Positions 10,710-21,679 of a DNA stretch of 64,000 nt are shown here, one piece after another (the stretch's first letter is position 1; the number at the start of each line of letters is the position of its first letter). A program made the position numbers and the translations under genes. The stretch covers positions 4,216,001 through 4,280,000 of the forward strand of contig NC_043000.1 of NCBI RefSeq assembly GCF_006345805.1, given 5' to 3'. This DNA is from Octopus sinensis (taxonomy: Eukaryota). Under the pieces are notes generated by a model. That model had not been told where the DNA came from. It did not search any database and saw only the letters and a program-made list of their open reading frames with translations.

Positions 10710-11689
10710 TGCAGCTGCAAAGAAAATAAAATTAATTGCAAAGACAAAAGCACATGAAAATTTAGCTAGTAGATGGGAACAGAAACCTCTCCATGGCAAG
10801 TATGTGACCCGTAGCAAACAAGCTGATGTCGACCAGAAACACACGCAGCAATGGTTACAAAGCTCAGGGCTAAAAGCAGAGAGTGAAGACCAAAGCTTAT
10901 TAAGCCAGGACTACCAAGCCAATGTGATAAAGAATGGAGCTGACCCAAAATGCCGATTCTGTAACAATGAGATTGAAACAATAAACCACCTAATCTCAGG
11001 GTGTAGAGTCTTAGCACCTGCAGAATATAAAGCAAGACATGACCGAGTCGGCCAGTATTTACATTGGACAATATGTCGGTATTATAAAATCAAAACCGCT
11101 GACAAATGGTATAAACACCATCCTGAAGCTGTAACTGAGGGAGAAAATGTTTCGATTCTATGGGACTTTCCTTTACAGACCGACAAGACTATAAAAGCTA
11201 ATAAACCGGATATTATTATAAAAGATCAGACAAAAAAGATGTGTTTATTAATTGACATGAGTATTCCTTGCAATCACAATATAGCAGCAAAAGAAATTCA
11301 CAAGATTAGTAAATATAAAGACCTGCTAATAGAAACTGAAAAAATGTGGCATCTCAAGGCGACTACAGTACCAGTGATTGTAGGATCTCTAGGAATGATA
11401 AAAAAGGGTACTGAAACCTATTTGAAAATGATTTCAGGCTTACCATCCCTACATGAAGTGCAAAAAATCGTATTAATTGGAACAGCTCATGTACTGAGAA
11501 GAGCATTATCGCTGTGAAAACAACATCCAGTCATGAATTTATTTATTTATTAATTTTTTTAAATACATATTTTACGTGTGAATTTGCATGTGTAATCTGG
11601 GAATGCATACAATGAGCTTCTCTGCCCAAGGTGTACGGAAAACTCTCGGTGAAATATGGAAGAAAATTTGAAGAAAGAAGGAAGAAAAA

Positions 11690-11692
<3 letters not shown>
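10709..11692 (+). mobile_element. 5'-truncated R4/Dong-clade non-LTR retrotransposon (CCHC zinc knuckle + restriction-like endonuclease; stop at 11517) inserted in (TAA)n
   Basis: KPLHGKY, CRFC-x8-H-x4-C, RHD, ILWDF, ANKPDIII..LLID, KISKYKDL, VPVIVGSLG. TAA arrays on both sides. The N-terminus of the 320-aa ORF is microsatellite read-through. Confidence 0.92.
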
Positions 11693-11724
<32 letters not shown>

Positions 11725-11726
<2 letters not shown>

Positions 11727-11940
11727 CCTTCCTACTAAAGGTAGAAGGCTTGAAATTTTGGGGGATGGGACTAGTCAATTACATTGACTCCAGTGTTTCA
11801 CTGGTACTTAATTTATTGACCCAAAAAAGATAAAAGGCAAAGTTGGCCTCAGCGGAATCTGAACTCAGAATGTAGAGGCAGACAAAATGCCACTAAGCAT
11901 TTCTCCTGGCATGCTAATGATTCTACCAACTCACTGCCTT
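11725..11940 (-). mobile_element. Meta-domain-like SINE, (ATT)n-tailed variant
   Basis: Same variant as 5901-6111. Its tail is the TAA array hosting the Dong copy. Confidence 0.8.
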
Positions 11941-12257
11941 AACTATCATAATAATAACAGTTGGGTGCTGGTGCAGTCCACTCTCCTCTCAGCTGTCACA
12001 TCTTGAATGTTCCACAGGGTCAATGAATGATGAGGTGAAGGGTGATGGTGCCAAGAGAAGTATCTACGTCTGCTAGTGACTACACAAAGCACCTAAGGCT
12101 ACCAGTGAAAGCATGGTACATGTTACCGTGCTATACTTATTCATGAATAATGGCTAATTGTACTTTATATATGTATTCTTGTTTACATGTATGTCTGAAT
12201 ATAAGTGAAGTGTGTACATACATATGTACATATGCTTGTGAGTGGGTATATATATTC

Positions 12258-12660
12258 TTTTACTCTTTTACTCTTTTACTTGTTTCAGTCAGTTGACTGC
12301 GGCCATGCTGGAGCACCGCCTTTAGTCGAGCAAATCGACCCCGAGACTTATTCTTTGTAAGCCCAGTACTTATTCTATCGGTCTCCTTTGCCGAACCGCT
12401 AAGTGAATGGGGCATAAACACACCAGCATCGGTTGTCAAGCAATGCTAGGGGGACAAACACAGACACACAAACATACACGCACACATATATATATATACA
12501 TATATACGACGGGCTTCTTTCAGTTTCCGTCTACCAAATCCACTCACAAGGCTTTGGTCGGCCCAAGGCTATAGTAGAAGACACTTGCCCAAGGTGCCAC
12601 GCAGTGGGACTGAACCCGGAACCATGTGGTTGGTTAGCAAGCTACTTACCACACAGCCAC
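12258..12660 (-). mobile_element. SINE family A
   Basis: Near full length with a (TACTCTTT)n tail. Confidence 0.88.
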
Positions 12661-12784
12661 TATACACAAATGCACAAACTTTATATAATATATGGTAAAG
12701 GCCTTCACCGGTAATTAATATAGGCTGCTCTACTTCTTAGACTGTGCTTCTTCTCCAGATTTATGTTTTTCTAAAAAAAAACAA

Positions 12785-12792
12785 TATATATA

Positions 12793-12860
<68 letters not shown>

Positions 12861-12939
12861 GTGTGTTTGTATAGAAATATGTGTGTATATTAGTGCATAT
12901 GTATGAATGAATATATGTATGTTGCTGCATATGCATGTG

Positions 12940-12981
<42 letters not shown>

Positions 12982-13573
12982 ATATGTATTCATATATATA
13001 TGGAAACTGATTATCTTTATGAAAAGAATTTCGATTTATTTTCTTTTACAATTTTGGCTCTGTGTGGTAAACATTCGATTTTAATTAATTAATTTAAGTT
13101 TTTGCAGTAATACAGGTTTACCACAGCCTTCACACATTCTCTGTATGTCTGCAACAAGCTTTTAAGATTTCTCCCCAAATTAATAATTAATAAGTGCTAT
13201 TGAGATAATCAACACAGAATTCAAAATTGAATTTTCAAAATAAAAAGAAAATGTGTTGTCTACTTTATGATGTGTATCTATGTATGCATGTGTGCTGTGT
13301 ATATGTGTGAGTGTGTATGTATGTACATGTATGTATATATGTGTGAGTATATATATATATATGGAGAGAGAGACGGTGAGAGATACATATATATGTGTGT
13401 GTTCATATATGAAATATATATACATATAGATATATATATGTACATATATGTGTTTGCTTGTATGTAGGTGTGTATACAAATATGTCTCTCTCTCTCCCAC
13501 TTTCTCCCCTCTCTCTCTCCCTTCCTCTCCCCCTCTCTCTCTTTCTTTCTCTCTCTCTTTCTCTCTCCTCTTT

Positions 13574-13625
<52 letters not shown>

Positions 13626-13648
13626 CACATATATATATATACATATAC

Positions 13649-13723
<75 letters not shown>

Positions 13724-13860
13724 ATATATATGATTACATGTATATGAGAGCATATTATGTTTGTATACCTGAACATAAATACATGTTTGTGTATGTGCAC
13801 ATTGTGTGTACAGTTGTCTGTATAGGTGTATGTATGTGAATATTTCTATATGCAATACAT
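12785..13860. repeat. (TA)n/(GA)n/(TG)n/(CT)n compound microsatellites
   Basis: Directly visible; explains the dense ORF calls here. Confidence 0.9.
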
Positions 13861-14224
13861 GGGCATGTGTATGCATATTTGTATTAGAATAGGTTTGCAG
13901 TGTATGGAATATATGTAAGTCGTTTTTTTGATAATTAAATTCTCCATAGAAACAAAGTAATGGTCTAATAAAAAAAAACGTATCCTTTGTTCTTTTAGTA
14001 ATTTCAGCCAATGTTTTGTGGACATATTAGGGCCCCATCATACTGTCTGTGTAACTTAAATATCATCTGTTTTAGGAAAATATATTGAATATTTTAATAT
14101 GTCTGACATAGTTTATCGTTGTTATTTTCAGTGTTGTTACTGTTATTTTTACCCCTCAGGTCAACTATGATGGAGATCTACAATGAAAGATGTTTCAGTT
14201 GAAATCATATACACTCTCTTTTTC

Positions 14225-14985
14225 TCTCTCTTTTATTTGTTTCAGTCATTTGAGTGTGGCCAAGCTGGAGCACCGCCTTTAGTCGAGCAAATAGACCCCA
14301 GGACTTATTCTTTCGAAGCCTTGTACTTATTCTATTGGTCTCTTTTGCCGAACCGCTAAATTACGGGGACGTAAACACACCAGCATCGGTTGTCAAGCAA
14401 TGTTGGTGGTGGGGACAAACACAGACACACAAACATATTCTTGGTCCAGAGACACAAACATATTGCTTGGTCCAGAAATTGAAACTTCTATCTTACTATC
14501 ATGAATCCAACACCCTAACCACTAAGCCATATGCTTTCACCTCCAAATGAATCACCATCATCATCATCTTCATCATCATCATTTACTGTCCGTTGTCCAT
14601 GCTGGCATGGATTGGACAGATTGATCAGGACTGGCAAGCTGGAAGGCTGCATCAGACTCCAGTCTGTTTTCACATAGTTTTTGTAGCTGGATGCCCTTCC
14701 TAACGCATCCAGCTGTAGAAACACTGCCAGATCTGACTGGCCTGGTGCAGCCTTCGGGCTTCCCAGACCCCAGTTGAACCGTCCAACCCATGCTAGCATG
14801 GAAAGTGGACGTTAAACGATGATGATGATGATGATGATGATATATATATATAATAGGCTTCTTTCAGTTTCTGTCAACCAAATCCACTCATAAGGCTTTG
14901 GTTTGCCTGAGGCTATAGTAGAAGACACTTACCCAAGGTGCCAGGCAGTGGGACTGAACCCGGAAACATGTGGTTGGTAAGCATA
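14225..14985 (-). mobile_element. SINE family A split by a complex insertion (~14438-14840)
   Basis: SINE 3' half at 14225-14437 and 5' half at 14850-14985. Confidence 0.8.
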
Positions 14986-15259
14986 CTGTTTTACTTATTT
15001 AAGAATTTTTTGTGTATATCATATATATAGATGATAAATATTTGAAGCCAAGCCTATCTGAGTTGAGAGTTGCAGTTTCTCATCCCTGATCTTTACATTA
15101 GTGCTGTCATCATCAGGATCATGATGATGATCATCATCATCGTTGCCATCGTTGTTTAACATCCATCTTCCATGCACACATGGGTAGGATGCTTCACAGG
15201 AGCTGGCCAGGTAGAAAAAACTGCCCTAAGTTACTTTGTCTGTTATATATATACATTAT

Positions 15260-15405
15260 TACAGCTAGGGCCTTCTTAGTGACATTTTAGGCCCCTGGGC
15301 AAATCTGTGATCTGGGCCTTATAGCATTTATTTATTGACTGCAGCTCACAATACAAATAGATCAGAATTGGGCCCCTAAACCCCTGAGCTCTCTGACAAC
15401 AGCCT
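15260..15405. mobile_element. hAT-like MITE remnant (same family as 43465-43610, opposite orientation)
   Basis: gggcccaattc..atctat.tattt motif shared between the two loci; gggccc-rich subterminal motifs. Confidence 0.45.
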
Positions 15406-15439
15406 ATTGTGCCCATGTATTAATACAGCAGTAATTACA

Positions 15440-16350
15440 GCCATTTGTGTGGCATAAGATGCAACAGATGTGATGTGCAAGAGAGATGAATGCACTGGTA
15501 TGGTCATGTGATGTGTATGGAGGAGGATAGCTGTTTAAAGAAGTGCCAATCCCTAACTGTAGAGGGAACCTGTGGTAGAGGTAGGCCCAGGAAGACATGG
15601 GATTAGGTGGTGCAGCATGATCTCTGAACTTTGGGCCTCACAGACACAATGACTAGTGACTGAGTCCTTTGGCGATATGCTGTGCTTGAGAAAACCCATC
15701 AAGCCAAGAGAAATCACAGTTGTGGATGATGCTGGTGTCACGTAACTGGCAACCATGCAGGTAGCATGTAAAGAGCACTTTTCACGTAGTGAGCCTCACA
15801 GAGGCAAAGTGGTTGAGCTCCTTTCAAATGCTGGGCCTCACAGAGACAATGACCAAGATCTTTGGAATTATGTTGTACTTGAGAAGACCCATAAAGTCAA
15901 GTAAAATTTTAGTTGTGGCAGATACCGGTGTAATGCAAATGGCACCTGTGCCAGTGGCACGTAAAAGCACCTTTCGAGTGTTGGGCCTCACGGAGCAAGG
16001 ACCAAGACCATCTGACATTAAGCTGGGCTTCGAGCATTGGGTCTCACAGAGGCAATGACGGAATCCATTTGGTATGATGCCGTGCTTGAAAAGAAGACCC
16101 ATCAAACCAGGTAAAACTGCTGTCATGGCAGATACTGGTGTCATGCAAATGTTCCCCATGCTGTTGGCACGTAAAAGCACCCATTAAACTCTCAGAGTGG
16201 TTGGCGTTAGGAAGGGCATCCAGCTACAAAAACTATGTGAAAACAGACTGGAGTCTGATGCAGCCTTCCAGCTTGCCAGTCCTGATCAATCTGTCCAACC
16301 CATGCCAGCATGGACAACGGACAGTAAATGATGATGATGAAGATGATGAT
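15440..16350 (+). mobile_element. RTE-clade LINE: degenerate ORF C-terminus plus repeat-rich 3' UTR
   Basis: HWYGHVMCMEEDSCLKKCQSLTVEGTCGRGRPRKTWD matches the RTE WxGHVxR...RGRPRxTW motif. Ends in acggacagtaaa(tga)n. Confidence 0.85.
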
Positions 16351-16464
16351 GATGGTGATTCATTTGGAGGTGAAAGCATATGGCTTAGTGGGTCCAACCC
16401 ATGCCAGCATGGACAATGGACAGTAAATGATGATGATGAAGATGATGATGATGGTGATTCATTT

Positions 16465-16705
16465 GGAGGTGAAAGCATATGGCTTAGTGGTTAGGGTGTT
16501 GGATTCATGATAGTAAGATAGAAGTTTCAATTTCTGGACCAAGCAATACGTGTTCATGAACAAAACACTTCATTTCACTTTGCTCCAGTCCACTCTGCTG
16601 GCGAAAATGAGTAATCCTATGACAGACCAGTGTCCTGTCCAGAGGGGTATATATACACTCTGGAAACTGGGAAACAGGCCCTATGAGTCTACATGACTCA
16701 GGAAG
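16465..16705 (+). mobile_element. CORE-like tRNA-derived SINE (diverged)
   Basis: tggcttagtggttagggtgttgg...gaacaaaacacttcatttcactttgctccagtccactc...aaaatgagtaa. Confidence 0.75.
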
Positions 16706-17064
16706 GATGTTTATCTTATCTAGTCATTTGGAGATAATATTTCTTATATACATGTTGTGTTTAAAAATATCCTAGAGGCAGCCAGAGAGAATGCCAGATT
16801 TATTTTTGCTTCATAAAGTATTGTCACAGCCAGTTGCATGCTCATACAAAATTTATCACCGCTGATACACAGGAAAACAGTGAATAAACAACCACTGTTA
16901 TTGTGAAAAACTGCTCAGCTGAATAAAAATCAATTATATGAAACAGAAAGAGTATTGGATAAAAATAATATTATATTATGGTTACATGATAGCTAAATTA
17001 CCAAATCATTTTATGCATGAAATGGAAAGTAAAGTCTAGCAGTTATTAGAAATTGCTAACATGG

Positions 17065-17185
17065 ATGTATGGTAAAACATTTGCCTCCCAACTACATGGT
17101 TCTAGTTTCAATCCCACTATGTGGGACTTTTGTTAAGTGTCTTCTACTATAGCCTTTGGCCAACCAATGCCTTGTGTGTGGATTT
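17065..17185 (+). mobile_element. SINE family A 5' fragment
   Basis: ccaactacatggtt...aagtgtcttctactatagcc. Confidence 0.7.
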
Positions 17186-17310
17186 ATTATAAAGAAAATG
17201 AAAGAAGTATGTTATATACTTAATACATATATATATATATATATATATATAGTATGTTATATATATATATAACATATATGATATATTATATATATATATA
17301 TATATAGCTA

Positions 17311-17697
17311 TAATAAGTCTCTGAATGAGATGTAAATAGTAACTGCTCGACAACGTTTACATCCCATTCAGAGATTTATTATTGCTTGCCGACAGTTTTT
17401 CGAAATCAGTGATGGAAGTTACTGGAAAAACAATAAATAAATATTTGCAAACAGGTCTCTCTTCATCGAAAACCGGTGATTGCCGTACGCCGAAGACAGG
17501 CAAATACCTAGAAACTGCAGTCCGTGCGTATCACTTAGGTTTACGAGAGAGGGATGACCTCCCTTTGCAAATACCATAAGGGCACAGAAAGTGTGCCTAA
17601 AGCTAGCTGGAGACGATGATCTCCTGGGGCTAAAAGCTACAGTAACACCCACCCTTAGTGGTTAGCCATATTGAGATGGCTAGTATACTTTACGTTA
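17311..17697 (+). mobile_element. Penelope-like terminal repeat remnant with a 5' fold-back and a hammerhead
   Basis: Inverted arms at 17311-17336 and 17356-17381, hammerhead at 17484-17528, flanked by (TA)n. Confidence 0.6.
17484..17528 (+). ncRNA. Minimal type I hammerhead ribozyme (U4C core variant, GUC site)
   Basis: CGTACG-CCGAAGA-caggcaaataccta-GAAA-CTGCAG-TC-CGTGCG. 6-bp stem I and palindromic stem III. Confidence 0.7.
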
Positions 17698-18546
17698 TAT
17701 ATATATATATATAAGATAGGTTATACGTTTATAATTTGATTCTTAATCTTTAATTTTTGAGTCGATATATTTATTGATAGAGTAAACTTTAGATTTTTAA
17801 TTACTATATTTGTTGATAATAATTTAGTTATTATTTTTAAATATTTTATAATTGTTATATGTGAACTTAAATCTAAAAATATGTATAGTGATTATTTTGT
17901 TAAATAATTTGGTAATTAGATATTGGACTATAACTGAGTTAACGATATTCGTGAGTTTATTATGTTTTTTAAAGCCATATTATATCTTAATAGATAAATA
18001 CATATTTCTATCTATTTTTTTACCTTAAAAATAAATATTTAACATAATATATAGGTTGCATGACATAATCCTAATGTTTTAAGTTTCTAATTTAGATAAT
18101 AAAGTTTTTTTTATAAGAAAAATTATTATTTTATTTATTTCTTCAAAAATATTGTTTAACTCTATTTGCTTATTTATTTAACTATTATCATTAACCTAAA
18201 GATTGACTATAATTTTAATTCGAATTTTCAATTGAATTTAAACTTAATTGTAATTCGAATTTAATTATAGCCATGAAATGTACGTAGTGTTTTTACTTAT
18301 TATATTATATTTATCTTTTTTTATACTTTTTGGTTAATAAAAAAAATTTTTTAATTTAAAAATTTAAAAAATATAAAAATTCAAAAATATAAAAATTAAA
18401 AAGTTAAAAAATTTCTAAATTTAAATTTTAAATTTTATATATATATTATATATTATATTAATTATATTTATATTTTTTGTTATTTATGTATTGGTTTATG
18501 TCTATCACTGCTTGACTTGCCTAATAGTGGTTTTATCTTTAATTTA

Positions 18547-18605
<59 letters not shown>

Positions 18606-18631
18606 GTACATATATATATATATACGAATAT

Positions 18632-18940
18632 AAAAAACCCACCTTTTATCAATTCAAAATGAACAATTAAATTACACCATCGAGAAAATTATACGTTTTA
18701 TTATTATTTTTGCAATTTACTTATTCTTTACATTTTATTGTTATTGTAATTTTAACTTTTCTATTATGTGTAATTTTCTAGATGGCGTAATTTAATTGTT
18801 CATTTTGAATTGATAAAAGGTGGAGTTTTTTTCTAATTTTTTATATATATATTATATTGTGTGAAATTTGATTTAGTATTTCTAAATTGAATTTTTTTCC
18901 TTGTAAGTTTGGATTTTATTCCCTCAAATAATAATAATAG

Positions 18941-18945
<5 letters not shown>
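18632..18945. mobile_element. Fold-back element (arms 18632-18694 and 18768-18831, plus tail) in (TA)n
   Basis: ccaccttttatcaattcaaaatgaacaattaaattacaccatc is the reverse complement of gatggcgtaatttaattgttcattttgaattgataaaaggtgg. Confidence 0.65.
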
Positions 18946-18971
<26 letters not shown>

Positions 18972-19029
18972 ATGGTAAATGGTTTACAGCACAAAAGAAA
19001 TCACTGTAAACTTGCCAAAATAATATTTG

Positions 19030-19322
19030 GGATGCCTTTATCTCTACTAAGTATAGATGCAGATGTGTTACCTAAGATTAATTTTGAGGATCTGACCAAA
19101 GACTTTGCAATTCAAAAAAGTAGGAGGAAACTTTTTAAATATAAATAAAGTGGAAGTATACAAAAATAAACATTATTTTCCCTTACTGTTTTGGTTCGTT
19201 TTGGAAAATAAAAATTTATTTTATGGTTTGTTAATGTTTATATTTTGAATTATATAATCTTTCATGGGGGCACGAAAATCTTTTAAGTGCTTAGGGCCTC
19301 AATGGGTCTTAATCCTGCCCTG
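19030..19322 (+). mobile_element. hAT (Tip100/ZMYM-like) transposon 3' end
   Basis: LSLLSIDADVLPKINFEDLTKDFAIQKSRR resembles the hAT dimerisation C-terminus. Ends ttaatcctgccctg (CAGGGC-type TIR). Confidence 0.75.
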
Positions 19323-19763
19323 GGTATGGGTCTGATGAATTAAGGACTGTATTATGCTCCAGTATCTGCTCTGGCATGGTTTCTCTGGTTGGATGCCCTT
19401 CCTGATGCCAACCACTTTACCCTGTGTACAGGATGTGTCCTTATGCTAGATAGTGGCTAAGGTGTGAGAAAAAGGTTTAGAGTAGAGCACGTTCTTGTAG
19501 AGGGGATATATGGCTACTCACATTTATGGGAGGAAGTAAGAATGAATCAGTAGTATCTTCAAAATGATTAACAGTAATGACAATGCTTCCAGGTGGCCCC
19601 CTCAAAGCACAAGGAGAGTAGTAGAGAGTTGGGGACAGAGAAGCAAGGAATATGTGTGGGTGGGGATTTGCAAGAGTGTATGGAGGGGACAAGAGAGAGA
19701 TGATGTGTTTTGGATGGGCTGCAAGAGAGGAGAAGAGAAAGAAAAATAAATTGATAGATAGAT

Positions 19764-19843
<80 letters not shown>

Positions 19844-20159
19844 CATACATACATACATACATACATACATACATAAATACATACATAGACAGACAGAGCC
19901 ATAGTGTATGAGGACAGATAATTTGGTAGTCCAGTGGGTTCAAGGGAGGCGGGATGAGATGACCCCTGTAACATGTGGTTGTAGAGAGCAATATGATGTA
20001 TGAAGAATGGGTAACAAGGAAAATGGCTCTGGATAGCAAAAACGAAAAGTGATATTAAGAGAGGGGAAATACTGTGGTGGAAGAAATGTAGTGGGAGAGG
20101 GTAGTGTGAGGCAGAGATTGGTCGAGTGAGATGCCCATTTGTACATATGTATATATATA

Positions 20160-20280
20160 TATCACGTGATCACGTGACTGACCAGACCATCAGATGTTGC
20201 TACACATCGCTGGTCACAATGCGTTCGCATTGTTTTAGCCTTCAAATGATGCCACCCCACTGGCTAAGCGAGTAGGTCAG
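20160..20280 (-). mobile_element. 3' end of another LINE/SINE family with a (cacgtgat)n tail
   Basis: atcacgtgatcacgtgac tail adjoining (TA)n; family recognised from memory only. Confidence 0.45.
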
Positions 20281-20295
20281 TATATATATATATAT

Positions 20296-20705
20296 ATGGC
20301 TGTGTGGTAAGTAGCTTGCTAACCAGCCACATGGTTCCGGGTTCAGTCCCACTGTGTGGCATCTTGGGCAAGTGTCTTCTGCTATAGCCCCGGGCCGACC
20401 AATACCTTGTGAGTGGATTTGGTAGACGGAAACTGAAAGAAGCCTGTCGTATATATGTATATATATATAAGTGTGTGTGTATATGTTTGTGTGTCTGTGT
20501 TTGTCCCCCTAGCATTGCTTGACAACCGATGCTGGTGTGTTTACGTCCCCGTCACTTAGCGGTTCGGCAAAAGAGACCGATAGACTAAGTACTGGGCTTA
20601 CAAAGAATAAGTCCCGGGGTCGATTTGCTCGACTAAAGGCAGTGCTCCAGCATGGCCGCAGTCAAATGACTGAAACAAGTAAAAGAGTAAAAGAGTAAAA
20701 GAGAA
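20296..20705 (+). mobile_element. SINE family A
   Basis: Near full length with a (gtaaaaga)n tail. Confidence 0.88.
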
Positions 20706-20794
20706 TATATATATATATATATAATATACATGCAAAGGGCTTAGCAGAAGTGTTAATGCCACCCCCTGATGAAAAGGATTGCCCTGTAAGATCT

Positions 20795-21010
20795 TTGTGC
20801 TGGTGCCACGCTAAAAGCAACCAGTATACACTATAAAGTGGTTGGTGTTAAGAAGGGCATCTAGCTGTAGAAACCAAGTCAAACCAGGATGGAACCTGAT
20901 GCAGCTCTGCTGCTTGGCAGCTCTGGTCAAACTTTCCAACCCATGCCACCATGGAAAATGAACGTTAAAGGATGCTGCTGCTGCTGTTGATGAGGATGAT
21001 GATCATGATG
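20795..21010 (+). mobile_element. RTE-type LINE 3' tail (diverged)
   Basis: aagaagggcatctagctgtag...ggaaaatgaacgttaaa. Confidence 0.7.
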
Positions 21011-21679
21011 ATATATATAATGTCTATATTAAAGAATATGACACATAATATAGAAACTGGTGGTTTTTCTCTGTTGCTATGTAGGCCAGATAATGAAGGA
21101 CTGTGCCATGAGGTGAGATACTGCGAGACCCATCAAACCCATGCCAGCATGAAAAAGTGGACATGAAATAATGGTGATGATGATAATGATGATGAGGATG
21201 ATGATTATGATGATGATGATGATGACAATAATTATGATGGTTTATGTGTGTGTGTGTGTGTTTTGACCAGTGCTCATGCAAGAGTGGTGTATATGTGTAT
21301 CCAGCATTCATTAGATAAATGGTTACACAGATATATAGATATGTAGATAGACATACAGATAGATTAATGGCTGTAGATACAGAATATATATACTTTTTAA
21401 AGTAAACGTGATTATCAAATTAAAAGTATCTACAAGTTTTTTGTTTTGCCTGACTTTTTCCAAAATATTTTACTTGAAAGAAAAAATATGTAAAGATTTT
21501 TTGTCTTCTGATTTGCAGAATGGAAACTGGAAAAAGAAATAGATGACACAGGGTAAAAAATATTTCAGAGAAGAAATAAGCTGTACGAGTAAAAGAAACT
21601 GAAATATAAGAATCTATAATATTTTGACTGTTTTTTTTTAATTTTTAATTTTGTTTTATTTTATTTTTTTGGTTTTAGA

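Noticed and set aside
15065-15120. CTGATGA...GAAA on the minus strand
   Set aside because: It arises from a CAT microsatellite and has no stems.
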